Source of the DNA: Hemiscyllium ocellatum
Lineage: Eukaryota
Reading direction: 5' to 3'
DNA length: 64,000 nt
Assembly: GCF_020745735.1 (NCBI RefSeq)
Contig: NW_026867487.1
Span: 3,100,001 to 3,164,000, forward strand
In this document: positions 1 to 12,136 of the stretch, in pieces
Position numbering within the stretch: position 1 is the stretch's first letter
Layout of the letters: each line of letters opens with the position of its first letter
Translations under genes and position numbers: made by a program
Notes under the pieces: generated by a model
The model's database searches: none
What the model was told of the DNA's origin: nothing
The model's input: only the letters and a program-made list of their open reading frames with translations

Positions 1-261
1 CCCATTACGAAAACCACCCTCCAGCCACGATTTCAAAGATCACTTCGGACAACTCCTGCTTGCCGCGACAGAGAGAGAGAGAGAGAGAGGACTGAAGATG
101 TGAGGGTCCCTGTTAAGATGTCCTCCAATACCCCCCCCCAATTTGTCTCTCAGTCTGATTTATCACGAGGGGTGGGGGGATTGAACTTTCGCCTCTGGCC
201 CTTCACAGTTGTGTCTCTCCCCTAACCCTTTTCTCAGAATGTAAAAATTTCCTGTACTCAC

Positions 262-324
262 TTGGAATGACAGAAAGTGTGGTCCCTGCTCCAAAGGTGA
301 GACTGTCAGCTGCTGTACCATACC
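262..324 (-). CDS. TRAJ: TCR J segment (putative J-alpha), YGTAADSLTFGAGTTLSVIP
   Basis: FGxG motif; phase-1 GTGAGT donor; 12-RSS CACAGTA(325-331)-12-ACAAAAACC(344-352). Lies 3' of C-delta, hence J-alpha by position. Confidence 0.93.
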
Positions 325-781
325 CACAGTAACATCCTGCCTGACAAAAACCCTCTTTACCCATTCCCCTTTCCCAAAACACCGTGCCAACACCATGTAA
401 AACTGACATTTTTTAATCTCGACTCTAGATTTTTAAATGAAACCTCCAGCTCGCTGAATCGTCTTCAGGTTAGAGCTATGGTACCTATATTTTTGGGGAA
501 ATGAGACAGATTTGAATAATCTGCTCAGAAATTTACCAGCATGTTGCCTTATCTGACTCTTGTCATTAAGAATTACTGTCCACCCTGCTCTATTGGAGAT
601 GCAGCCAGGTGGATGTATCAATGCAGACACTGTTCCATCGGGCTGGCTGAGTAAAAGCCCGTATCTAAACTGTCCTGCCTCTATTTGGGTCAATAAGGTC
701 TTGGCTTTACCCAACAAACCGCCCCATTAGACATGAAAAGCCATTCTAGGTGTAACGCCGATACTTTTTCCAAATACTCAC

Positions 782-844
782 CAGGTTTCACGAGCAATCG
801 AGTTCCGCTTCCAAAAGTGAGTATATCAGTGCCTACAATATTCA
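782..844 (-). CDS. TRAJ: TCR J segment (putative J-alpha), NIVGTDILTFGSGTRLLVKP
   Basis: FGSG motif; GTGAGT donor; 12-RSS CACAGTG(845-851)-12-TCAAAAACC(864-872). Confidence 0.93.
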
Positions 845-2268
845 CACAGTGACAGCCAGCCAGTCAAAAACCCACGCACACACACTCACTGCCCTTCAAG
901 CACAGACATACACTCCCTCACACTGACACACACACGCTCACACTCTCTCAAACACTGACATACACTCCCTCACACTGACACACACATGCTCACAGACATG
1001 CACACACATACACTCCCTCACACTGACACACACATGCTCACACACATCCACGCACACAAACACATACACTCCTGCAAACATAGGCCTACACTCTCTCATC
1101 ACCCGCTCAAACATACACACACACAGACACATTATCTCTCCNNNNNNNNNNNNNNNNNNNNNNNNNNNNNNNNNNNNNNNNNNNNNNNNNNNNNNNNNNN
1201 NNNNNNNNNNNNNNNNNNNNNNNNNNNNNNNNNNNNNNNNNNNNNNNNNNNNNNNNNNNNNNNNNNNNNNNNNNNNNNNNNNNNNNNNNNNNNNNNNNNN
1301 NNNNNNNNNNNNNNNNNNNNNNNNNNCGCATGCACNNNNNNNNNNNNNNNNNNNNNNNNNNNNNNNNNNNNNNNNNNNNNNNNNNNNNNNNNNNNNNNNN
1401 NNNNNNNNNNNNNNNNNNNNNNNNNNNNNNNNNNNNNNNNNNNNNNNNNNNNNNNNNNNNNNNNNNNNNNNNNNNNNNNNNNNNNNNNNNNNNNNNNNNN
1501 NNNNNNNNNNNNNNNNNNNNNNNNNNNNNNNNNNNNNNNNNNNNNNNATTCAGTGCAGTCACTGATTTGTAGGTGAACACATTCTCCTGTACCCCCTCCC
1601 TCTGCCCCAACATCCACAAACTCCTGAACAACAGCCCCAAACCCACCGCACTGTCCCCTCACCAGATCGAAAGGAGCACTCTCTCCCAAATATTCCACCT
1701 CCGCTCCCCTCGTGGTGCTCTGACCAGTCTCAATCTCAAAGATGCCAACAATCTCAACGCAGTCTGCCTGACAACTGGGCACTGTCCCACAGTAACTCCC
1801 CCTCCCTTCCCCTGTCCGTGGCATTCCCCCTCTATTCTGGGTCCTACCTCCCTACCTAGCCCCAGGGGAAACGCGATTCCCAGGCCCCTGGTTGGTTAAT
1901 CCCCAGGGATTCCAGACAGGAGATAGGGCTACGTGAATGAAATTTGCACGAGGTGGAGGGGGAAGGGGTGAAGTGCTTGTCTCCCACACTTGGCTCAGCA
2001 GAGAGTTCCATCTGTCCCCCATGCGTCCCTGGGGGGCAACCCCATTTCCCCAAATGCTGATGATGACAACAACAACTTTCACTAAGAAACCAAGTAGTGC
2101 CTCACGGAGAAGAGGGAAATCTCTGCAGAGGGAATCTTACAAGGGGAGGGGAGGGTGCAGGGAACTGCTGGGGAATTGATGCTGGATTCCCGGAGAGGCA
2201 GGGGTGGGGGTGGAGGGGCAGATTTCTCAGGATGAGCGATGTTCCCAGGCCGTTCCCATCCGACTCAC

Positions 2269-2341
2269 CACGGGGTGGCTGCGGGGTGAGGGTGGTACCT
2301 GGGCCGAAATGGATCATCCAGCCGCCGGTCCCTATATATCA
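2269..2341 (-). CDS. TRAJ: TCR J segment (putative J-alpha), YIGTGGWMIHFGPGTTLTPQPPR
   Basis: FGPG motif; phase-1 GTGAGT donor; 12-RSS CACAGTC(2342-2348)-12-ACAAAAAGG(2361-2369). Atypical, extended 3' end. Confidence 0.85.
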
Positions 2342-2646
2342 CACAGTCCTACACTCCCTGACAAAAAGGTAGGGACACTGCCACCCCCACTCTCCGATAC
2401 AGAGATAGAAACCCCCATCTACAGAGGGAGGCAGTGTCCATTGAGTGGGCAGGAGGAGAGAGTGGAAGGGGAGGTGTGGGAGAGAGATGGGGGAGTCATT
2501 TTCCAGACTGGGTCCCCGACAGCGATATTCCTCCCTCCTACACCCCACTCCAAGCTCGGGTTGTGGGTGGGTGGGGAGAAGCAGTAGGGGGAGGGTGGGT
2601 GGTGGTGCTGGATGCTGGTCAGTAATTCGGGGAAGGGAGCACTTAC

Positions 2647-2714
2647 TGAGGTTCACTGTCAGTTTACTCCCACGGCCCAGTGTGAATCTGCTCGATACCG
2701 CCCCGTATTCCTCA
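2647..2714 (-). CDS. TRAJ: TCR J segment (putative most 5' J-alpha), EEYGAVSSRFTLGRGSKLTVNL
   Basis: LGRG in place of FGxG; GTAAGT donor; consensus 12-RSS CACAGTG(2715-2721)-12-ACAAAAACC(2734-2742). Confidence 0.88.
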
Positions 2715-2759
2715 CACAGTGCGAACGGCCTCAACAAAAACCCTCCTCTCCACATCACT

Positions 2760-3260
2760 GTGTCTCCCTGCCTCTTTCCCTCCCTCTCTCCCTCCCTTTC
2801 GCTCCCTCTCTCTCACTTTCCTTCCCACTCTCTCCCTCTCTCTCCCTCCTTCTCTTTCCCTCCATCTCGCTCCCTCCCTCTTCCCCTTCCACTCCCTCTC
2901 TCTCCCTCAGTCTCTCCCTCCCTCTCTATTCCTCCCTCCCCCCTCTCTCTCTTCCTCCTTCTTGCTCCGTCTCCCTCCCTCTCTCTCGCTCTCCTCCCCC
3001 TCTCTCTCCATCGTCTCCCACTCCCTCTCTTTCCCTTACCCCTCTCTCTCACCCCCTCCCATTCCTGCTCTCTCTCTCTCTCACTTTTCCTGTCGTTCCC
3101 TCCCTCTCCCTCCCTCTCTCTCCTTCTGTTTCTTCACGCCCCCTCTCCCTCTTCCACTCCCTTTCTCTCCCTCTCTCTTCCCTCCATTTCTCTCCCTCCC
3201 TCTTTTCCTCCCTCTCTCTTCCTCCCCCTCTCTGGCTCCCTCTTGCCCTCCCTCTCTCCC
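2760..3260. repeat. CT-rich low-complexity tract
   Basis: Nearly pure C/T on the + strand; source of spurious S/L/P-rich ORFs. Confidence 0.9.
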
Positions 3261-3419
3261 TGCTGTACAGGTTGTACGGTAGCTGTTACATTTGACAGGC
3301 TGTGCATTTATTTGTGAACTGAATAGGCCTGTGACAGACAGACAGGAAGGAGAGAGACAGACAGACAGATGGATTGAGGGTGATAGAGAGGACGATCAGA
3401 GAGGCGGATGAAGGGATCA

Positions 3420-4209
3420 TCAGACAGATAGACAGAGATTCGGAAATATAGGTAGATAGATAGATCGATCGATCGATCGATAGATAGATAGATAGATAGA
3501 TAGACAGACAGATAGATAGATAGATAGATAGCTAGATAGGGAGACAGATAGATAGGTAGATAAACAGATAGATGGATAGATCAATAGATAGATAGACAGA
3601 CAGATAGATAGATAGATAGATAGCTAGATAGATAGACAGACAGATAGGGANNNNNNNNNNNNNNNNNNNNNNNNNNNNNNNNNNNNNNNNNNNNNNNNNN
3701 NNNNNNNNNNNNNNNNNNNNNNNNNNNNNNNNNNNNNNNNNNNNNNNNNNNNNNNNNNNNNNNNNNNNNNNNNNNNNNNNNNNNNNNNNNNNNNNNNNNN
3801 NNNNNNNNNNNNNNNNNNNNNNNNNNNNNNNNNNNNNNNNNNNNNNNNNNNNNNNNNNNNNNNNNNNNNNNNNNNNNNNNNNNNNNNNNNNNNNNNNNNN
3901 NNNNNNNNNNNNNNNNNNNNNNNNNNNNNNNNNNNNNNNNNNNNNNNNNNNNNNNNNNNNNNNNNNNNNNNNNNNNNNNNNNNNNNNNNNNNNNNNNNNN
4001 NNNNNNNNNNNNNNNNNNNNNNNNNNNNNNNNNNNNNNNNNNNNNNNNNNNNNNNNNNNNNNNNNNNNNNNNNNNNNNNNNNNNNNNNNNNNNNNNNNNN
4101 NNNNNNNNNNNNNNNNNNNNNNNNNNNNNNNNNNNNNNNNNNNNNNNNNNNNNNNNNNNNNNNNNNNNNNNNNNNNNNNNNNNNNAGAGTGACAGAGAGT
4201 TGGATAGAA

Positions 4210-4240
<31 letters not shown>

Positions 4241-4850
4241 CAGGCATATCGCCAGATGGAGTAGCAGTGAGATATAGATAGACGAAGAGACAGACAGTTT
4301 TAGGTAGGCAGAGAAATAGAGATGGGTAGATGGAGGGAGATTGACAGGTATGTAGAAAGAGAGATAGATTGACAGATAGATATGAAAATGCAGTCAAGTA
4401 GATTGAGAGAGAACCAAGGAAATAAGGATTGATACAGCGAGCTATAGATACAGGTGGACATAGATGAATGGACAGAGATATAGACAGAGAGGCAGACTGA
4501 GACAGGCAGGTGATTAGACAGAGAGACAGGGAGATATAGATAGATATATATATATATAGAGAGATAAACAGATAGATATAAATAATCAGATAGAGGCAGA
4601 CAGATATAGATAGTTGGATAGATCAACGTAGATTTCTGGGTAGATAGAGAGAGACAAGGAGATAGGGATGGATACAGAGAGACAGATAGAGATAGAGAGA
4701 AAGACAGGCAAGATATAGAAAGGCAGGTAGCAATAGATGGATAGGTAGAGACAGAGACAAAGACAGACAAAGATATAGATGGACAGATAAATATACAAGG
4801 ACAGAGAGACTGAGACAGACATAGAGATCTAGACAGACTGACAGATCATT
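3420..4850. repeat. (TAGA/CAGA)n tetranucleotide satellite spanning an N-gap
   Basis: Runs of gata/gaca on both sides of gap 3651-4186. Confidence 0.9.
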
Positions 4851-5190
4851 TGCAAGAGTACATTGCAAAGCATTGGACTTTCCAGAAAAAAAACAAGAAA
4901 ATTCACCTTGTCTTCCTGCAAAATGGTTCACTCGGTGGTTCCTGGATGCAGTTGTGATGGAAATACTCAATTTAATTTCCATAATGTCAGGAATACAGTT
5001 CAAAGACAAGTCATTCCCACATTACAGAGGGAGCTCAAACATTTCTCCATCTTCCCCGCCCTGGGGAGCTCAGTTCAGTCGTAATCCTCTGCACACCAGC
5101 ATTGTTTTTGTGTGTATGTGTGTGTATGTATGTGTATATCTGTCTGTCTGGTGATGCTACTGTGTAACCTTCACCCTTCACCATCTCCTG

Positions 5191-5224
5191 TGCAGTAGCA
5201 CAGGGAGGTCAGCAGGGGGTGCTA
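5191..5224 (+). promoter_or_regulatory. Candidate CTCF site with upstream motif
   Basis: Core AGGTCAGCAGGGGGTGCTA (5206-5224) closely matches the CTCF consensus TGGCCACCAGGGGGCGCTA; TGCAGTAGC (5191-5199) lies 6 bp upstream. Motif match only. Confidence 0.6.
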
Positions 5225-5773
5225 TTGTATCGCTGTAAACACAAGGTGGGTGTTGATCCCCATTTCAATGGATTCACACCCCGCTCAGAACAAGAGAGAG
5301 CCCATTACACAGAGGCACAGGCACAGAGAGAGACAGAAACATGGAGACACACACAGATATGGGCACACGTGCACACACGCGCACACACAGATGCACACTC
5401 AAACTCAAATTCAGACTGGCACACATGCCCTCGCTCACACACTCATACCAGCAGGTATGAGGACACGTATCCACGATTGAACAAAATTCTTGGATTCGCT
5501 TCCATCAAACCCACTAGAGTGAATGACCGTGTAATTGTGAGTGTGCGTCTGTGTGAGAGTATGTGTGTGTGAGTGTGTGTTTGAATGTGCAATAGTATAG
5601 TGTGTGCGTGTGGGTGAGAGAATGTGTGTGTGAGTGTGCATGTGTGCGTGTGAGAATTTGTGTGTTTGGGTGAGCATGTGCATGTGTGTGAGTGTGATTG
5701 AGTGAGTGTGCACATGCATGAAGGTGAGGGCGCATATGTTTAAGGGTGAGTGTGTGTGCTTGTGTGTGAACAA

Positions 5774-6073
5774 CAGTGCCACAGCGGTCAGCACTGCTGC
5801 CTCACAGCGCCAGAGACCCGGGTTCGATTCCTGCCTCAGGTGACTGTCTGTGTGGAGTTTGCATATTCTCCCCGTGTCTGCGTGGGTTTGCTCCGGTTTC
5901 CTCCCACAGTCCAAAAATGTGCAGGTTAGGTGAATTGGCCAGGCTAAATTGCCCGTAGTGTTAGGTGAAGGGGTAAATGTAGGGGAATGGGTGTGGTTGG
6001 GTTGTGCTTCAGCGGGTCGGTGTGGACTTGTTGGGCCGAAGGGCCTGTTCCCACACTGTAAGTAATCTAATCT
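5774..6073 (+). mobile_element. tRNA-derived SINE (HE1-like elasmobranch family)
   Basis: tRNA-like head (GGTCAGCACTGCTGCCTCACAGCGCCAGAGACCCGGGTTCGATTCC), conserved body, TAAGTAATCTAATCT tail; several homologous copies in the window. Confidence 0.85.
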
Positions 6074-6559
6074 TAAAAAACAGAAGTCCAGGCAGTGGGA
6101 CGCTAGAAACTGCCCCTCTTCCGCCTCTACATCCGAGCCCGGGTGTCTCTGGAGAGGGAGCACGTGGTGTCCACTAACACTCTGTTCAGGGAGAGGTGAG
6201 CACCACAGGGAGTGGAATGGTTCATTTCCCCCTCTGACAGTATTTATATTTAATCTCTGCCCTCCCCTTCACGTTTTGTTTTGAGCCTGCAGCATTGCAT
6301 TTTGGGCAGGCCCAGATGCAGACCCACCAGGAAATCCTCTGACCTGCCCTCCATGCCCTCCGCCCCCCCCCGCCCTCCCCTGCACTGGGTGACCAAAGAT
6401 GACGTTACTTGTCAGTGGCCACTCGAGTGTGTCCTTTCTTCCTGGTGGTGGAATGTCAGTAAAACTTTAAACACACTTGTTGCTTTCACTGTGTCCTACA
6501 CCTGCATGGTGCTGGGGAAAAGTCAGCACTACTGCCGTAAGGCGGTAGTGTGGGGGGAA

Positions 6560-7395
6560 AAAAGAAGCAAAATAAAGAAAAAAGAAAGATTTATTATGGC
6601 CAATTAAAAATAAAATAGTAACAGGGGATTTAGAATCTCCTCAGAAAAAACAAGAAGCAAAAATAAAGAAAAAAGGAAGATTCGTTATGGCCAATTAAAC
6701 ATAAAATGGTAACAGGGGATTTTAGAATCTCCTCAGAAAAAAAAAGAAGCGAAAAAAAAGAAAAAAAGAAAGATTTGTTGCGGCCAATTAAAAATAAAAT
6801 AGTAACAGGGGATTTTAGAATCTCCTCAGAAAAAAAGGAAACAAAAAAAAAGATTCGTTATGACCAATTAAAAATAAAATAGTAACAGGGGATTTAGGAT
6901 CTCCTCAGAAAAAAAGAAGCAAAAAAAAAAGAAAAAAGAAAGATTCGTTATAGTGGTTCTGTTCGCCGAGCTGGAAGTTTTAGTTGCAAACGTTTCTTCC
7001 CCTGGCTAGGAGACATCATCAGTGCTGTGGAGCCTCCTGCGAAGCGCTTCTTTGATGTTTCTTCAGGTACTTATAGTGGTCTGTCCTTGCCGCTTCCGGG
7101 TGTCAGTTTCAGCTGTCCGCTGTAGTGATTGGTATATTGGGTCCAGGTCGATGTGTTTGTTGATGGAGTTTGTGGATGAATGCCATGCCTCTAGGATGCC
7201 TCTAGGACACCACAGCACTGATGATGTCTCCTAGCCAGGGGACGAAACGTTTGCAACTAAAACTTCCAGCTCTGCGAACAGAACCACAACAACAAGCACC
7301 CGAGCTACAAATCTTCGCACAAACTTTAAAGATTCGTTATGGCCAATTAAAAATAAAATAGTAACAGGGGATTTAGAATCTCCTCAGAAAAAAAA
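6560..7395. repeat. Tandem repeat, about 80-95 bp unit (about 6 copies), interrupted by a TE
   Basis: Unit core AGATTCGTTATGGCCAATTAAAAATAAAATAGTAACAGGGGATTTAGAATCTCCTCAG recurs at about 6586, 6677, 6770, 6850, 6940 and 7329. Confidence 0.9.
6952..7328. mobile_element. Penelope-like fold-back insertion with hammerhead cores
   Basis: Inverted arms of about 75 bp (about 6955-7030 and 7210-7285); CTGATGA...GAAAC core; flanked by direct repeat AAGATTCGTTAT (6940-6951, 7329-7340). Confidence 0.7.
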
Positions 7396-7399
7396 TGGT

Positions 7400-10300
7400 A
7401 TGCGAGGATAGCATAGTTAGAGGCATAGACACCTTTCCCGGTGACCAGGGTTCGGAGTCCCAAAGGTTTGTATTCCCTTTCTGTTGCTCGGGTTCAGGTT
7501 CGGGCTGTCTCATCAGAGGAACTTGGAGTGGAAGGGTCAAGGCCCAGTGACTGCGTCGCTCGCAGGTACCAGTGACATAAATAAAAGCAGTGCAGAGTTA
7601 GTGTGAAGGGAGTACGAACAGGCAGGAGCTAAATTCGAAAAGCAGAACCAAAAAGGTGATGACCTCTGGATTGCTACCCGAACGACGAGCTGATTGGCAC
7701 AGGGTCCTGGAGATTGAGCAGGGCAAATCCGTGGCTCAAGGATTAGAGTGGGAGCAATGGGTTTGAATTCATGGGACATTGACGCCAGCACTAAGGAAGA
7801 TGGGACCTGTCCTGATGGTGTGGTCTTCATCTGAAATGTGCTGGGACAAGAGTCCGAGGTGAAGTGCATAAGCAGGGCTGCAGATCGAGCTTTGAATTTA
7901 ATGGGGCGGGGGATTTTGGTTACAGGGGAAGTTACAACACCTGAAATAAAGGACAAGGTGAGAGTGCAGAACTCAGGAGAGGAAATATTAAAATCTCCAG
8001 CACAGGCATAAATAAGACAGAGTCTCTGGAAAGGGTTAGCAAACAAACTTCAAGTCACTGGACAAACGAATAACAATGGGAAGAGTGACAGTTAATACAG
8101 CGCTGAAGGTGTTATATCTGAACGCACAGAGTGTAAGGAATAGGGTAAATGAGCTTGAGACGCAGATCGAAATTGGCAGGAGTGACATGGTGGGCATCAT
8201 AGAGACGTTGCCTACAAGGGAGTGAGGATTGGGAGCTGAATATTCAAGGATATACATCCGATCGAATAGAGAGGCAGGTAGGCTGAGGGGATGGAGTTAC
8301 TTACGAGTAAGGAATGAAATTAAATCCACAGTAAGAAAGAAAGTAGGATCAGACGGTGTAAAATCTGGGTGGGCAGAATTGGGGAACCAATTGGAGTTGT
8401 GTACAGGCCTCCGAACAGGAGTTGGGGTGCGCGGTGCACCAGGAGGTAGATAGGCTGTACAGGAAAGGCACAGTTACAGTGATCATGGGGCATTCCAATA
8501 TCCAGGTGGACTGGGAAAATCAGGTTGGTCGTGGATTGCAATTAAAGGAGTTTGGGGAATGTCTGTGAGATGGCTTTTAGAGGAGCTGGTGGTGGAGCCC
8601 ACTAGGGAACAGGCAATGCAGGATTTCATGTCGTACAATGAGGCAGACTTGATAAGAGAGGTTAAAGGGAAGGTACTCTTAGGAGGCAGTGATCATACCA
8701 TGATTGAATGTTCTCTGCAATTTCAGAGTGAGAAAATAGAATCAGAGGTAGCGGTATTACAGCTAAATAAAGGCAGCTACACAGGCATGAAGCTGGAGCT
8801 GGGTAGAATTGACTGGGAGAAGAGCCTCCACAAGAAAGACAGTGGAAGGAATGGCAGGAATTTCTGGGAGTAATTCAGGAGACATAGCGGGGATTCATCC
8901 TGAGGAAAAAGAAGCAAGGTACAGGGAGGATGAGGCAACCATGGCTGACTCGGGAAGTCAGAGATAACATAAAAGCAAAAGAGAGCGCTTACGATGTGGG
9001 AAGGGCAGTGGGAAGCCAGAGGATTGGGAAGCTTACAAAGACCAACAGAGGACAACAACAAAAAAAGAAATAAGGAGGGAGAAGATTACATATGAGGGTA
9101 AGCTGGCCAGTACTATAAAAGAAGACTGTAAGAGTTTCGTTAAATTTATTCGGGGCAAAAGAGAGGCAAAAAAATGGACATTGGGCTGTTGGCAAATGAC
9201 ACGGGATGGATAGTGATGGGGAACAAGGAAATTGCTGAGGAACTGAAGAATTACTTTGCTTCAGTCTCCACGGTGGAGGGCATGAGTAACATGCCAAAAC
9301 TTCAGGAGAGTGAGGGGGCAGAGCTGAGTATGGTGGCCACCACCAAAGGGAAGGTGCTAGAAAGACTGAATGGCCTGAAGATGGTTAATTCACCTGGATC
9401 ACACCCCAGAGTTAGAAGGGAGATTGTTGAAGAAATAATAGAGGCGTCAGTTGTGATCTTCCAGGAATCGCTAGAATCGGGGGAAGGTCCCGGAGGATTG
9501 AAAATCGCTCATGTGACACCCTTGTTTAAAAAGGGAGTAAGGCAAAAGATGAAATGTTACAGACTGATTAGCCGAACCTCAGTCATGGGTAAGATCCTGG
9601 AATTCATTGTGAGGGATGAGATTTCTGAATCCTTCGAAGTGTTTGGTAAAATAGGACCTATTCAGCTTGGCTTCGCCCAGGGAAGGTCATGCCTGACAAA
9701 TCTGCTAGACGTCTTTGAGGAAGTAACGAACAGGCTAGCTCAAGGAGTGGCAGTGGATGTTATCTACCTGGACTTCAAGAACGCCTTTGACAAGATGTTG
9801 CACAGGAGGCTACTGAGTGGGATAAGGGCCCATGGTGCCAGAGGCAAGGTGCAGGCATGGGGAGAAGCATGGCTGTCTAGCAGAAAGGAGAGAGTGAGGA
9901 TAAAAGGGTCTTTCTCAGGTAGCTGATGACAAGTGGTTTGCTGCAATCCTCCGTATTGGGACCACAGCTTTTCACTTCATTCATTGACGATCGAGATGGA
10001 GGAACTGAGGGCATTCTGCATACGTTTGGAGACGATACAAAGACAGATAGAGGGGCAGGTAGAATTGGGGAGGCTGCAGAAGGATTTGGACAAGTTAGGA
10101 GGGTGAGCAAGGAAGTTGCAGATGGACAACATCGTGGGAATGTCTGAGGTCATGCACTTTGGTAGGAAGAATAGAGGAATGGACTATTGTCTAAATGGCG
10201 AGAAGATTCAAAAGTCTGAAGTGCAAAGGGACTTGGGAGTTCTTGTCTCGGATTCTTTCAAGGTTAACTTGCAGGTTGAGTCAGTGGTAAGGAACGCAAA

Positions 10301-10940
10301 TGCAACGATGGCATTTATTTTGAGAGGACTTGAATATAAAAGCAGGGATGTAGTTCTGAGGCTCTATAAGGCCGCATTTGGAATATTATGTGCATTCTGT
10401 GGCTTCGCATCTCAGGAGGGATGTACTGGCCCTGGAACGTGTTCAGAGGCGGTTCATGAGAATGGTCACTGGAATGAAAAACTTAACGTATGAGAAAAGT
10501 TTGAGGACTCTGGGTTCGTACTCAATGGAGCTTAGAAGGATGGTGGGAGGGGCGGGGCGGTTTGTGGAGAGGGTGGATTCTAATTGAAAAATACAAAATA
10601 TTGAATGGTCTGAACAGAGTAGATGTTGGGAAGGTCCTTCCATTGGGATGAGAGACCTGGGCGCAAGGGCAGAGCATGAGAGTAACGGGAGGACATTTTG
10701 GAACAGAGATAAGGGGAAACTTCTTCAGCTAGAGAGTGGTGAACCTATGGAATTCATTGCCTCAGAGGGCTGTGGAGGCCAGGTCATTGAGTATATTTAA
10801 GACTGAGACTGCTCTGTTCTTGAGTATCAAAGGGATCAAGGGTTTGGGCGATGGGGTTGAGAAACTTATCATCCATGATTGAATGGAGGAGCAGACAGGA
10901 TGGGCTGAATAGCCTATTTTCTGTTCCTGTGCCTTCTTGT
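7400..10940 (+). mobile_element. Degenerate near-full-length CR1-type LINE
   Basis: ORF1 esterase-like remnant (DSIVRG); APE endonuclease (LKVLYLNAQSVRN); RT motifs YLDFKNAFDK, QSSVLGPQLF and FGDDTK; many stops and frameshifts. Confidence 0.9.
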
Positions 10941-11059
10941 TTTATTGCCTAGGATATGTCATCTGCCAATTGCTTTGCCACTCAGTGAACCAATCCTCAC
11001 TTGCCTCTTTGGTCATCCCCATAGCCTTCTCTCCCACGCAGCGTGAGTCACCTGAAGAC

Positions 11060-11345
11060 ATTACATTGAAACATAAAGGATAGGAGCAGGAATAAGCCAC
11101 CAGTTGGAAGATTCGTGCCACAGGGAGAGGCTGAGGCTGAGGAGAGACCTTATAGATGCTATCTTTAGGATAAATCAACAAAGTATTTTCCCTGAGGGGG
11201 CATCTGGATGGGTATATGAATGGGAAGGGTTTGGAGGGGTATGGACTAAGTGTTGGCAAACAAAACTAGATTAGGTGAGGATATCTGGTTCGCATGGGTG
11301 ACTTGGACTGAGGAGTATGTTTCCATGCTGTAACTCTCTCTGACT
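11060..11345 (+). mobile_element. CR1 LINE 3' fragment
   Basis: Homologous to the other CR1 3' ends in the window (ends ...TTTCCATGCTGTAACTCTCTGACTCT). Confidence 0.7.
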
Positions 11346-11459
11346 CTGTTCAGTCATCCAGCCTGCTCCATCATTCAATAAAATCAAGGCTGATCATCCC
11401 TAATTCCACCCTCCCTCCCATGTCTCTCGGTCCCTTCAAACACGAGAACAAAACTTAGA

Positions 11460-11930
11460 TCGTGTGTGAGGAGCAGTGAGAGAGTGAGATTGTGTACGAG
11501 GGAGAGTGTGAGATTGTATATAAGAGAGTGTGAGATGGTATATGGGAGTGTGAAATTGTGTGTGACAGAGCGAGATTGTGTATGAGAGAGAGGGCGAGAT
11601 TGTGTATGAGAGAGTGAGATTGTGTATGAAAATGTGAGATTGTGTACGAGAGAGTGAGATTGTGCATGAGAGAATGTGAGATTGTGTATGAGAGAGTGAG
11701 ATTGTGTACGAGCGTGAGATTGTGTATGAGAGAGTGAGATTACGCATCAGAATGTGGGATTGTGTATGAGAAAGAATGTGAGATTGTATATGAGAGAGAG
11801 TGAGATTTTCCATGAGAGAGAATATGAGATTGTGTATGACAGTGTGGGATTGTGAATGAGAAAGAGTGTGAGATTGTGTATGAGAGACGGTGAGATTGCA
11901 TATGAGAGTGAGATTGAGTATGAAAATATG
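11460..11930. repeat. About 20-bp minisatellite (GAGAGTGAGATTGTGTAT-like)
   Basis: Repeated GAGATTGTGTATGAGAG units. Confidence 0.85.
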
Positions 11931-12071
11931 GGTTGGAAGAGGAGGAGTAAGAGAAACCAACGGCCCAATAGTTCAGTCCAGACTTTTTCCTTTCCCTCTT
12001 CTCCCCTTCCAAACACAGACTTGCACATTTACTCACTCACACGCACACACGCTCTCTCTCTCTTAAACATG

Positions 12072-12136
<65 letters not shown>

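Noticed and set aside
433-717. 94-aa minus-strand ORF between J-alpha segments
   Set aside because: No recognisable family or splice signals; length compatible with chance.
1660-1710. IFGRECSFRSG followed by GTGAGG
   Set aside because: Lacks the second Gly and T-x-L, and has no RSS.
1855-1930. J-like LTNQGPGNRVSPGAR on the minus strand
   Set aside because: No FG, no recognisable heptamer or nonamer, donor out of phase; at best a very old relic.
5774-5840. tRNA-like sequence at SINE heads
   Set aside because: tRNA-derived SINE head joined to a SINE body, not a tRNA gene.
6527-6550. Short inverted repeat CACTACTGCC-GTAA-GGCGGTAGTG
   Set aside because: Isolated 10-bp hairpin with no supporting context.
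6560-7395. Repeat-spacer-like appearance (CRISPR-like)
   Set aside because: Eukaryotic context; units are contiguous with only A-tract variation, no unique spacers and no cas genes.
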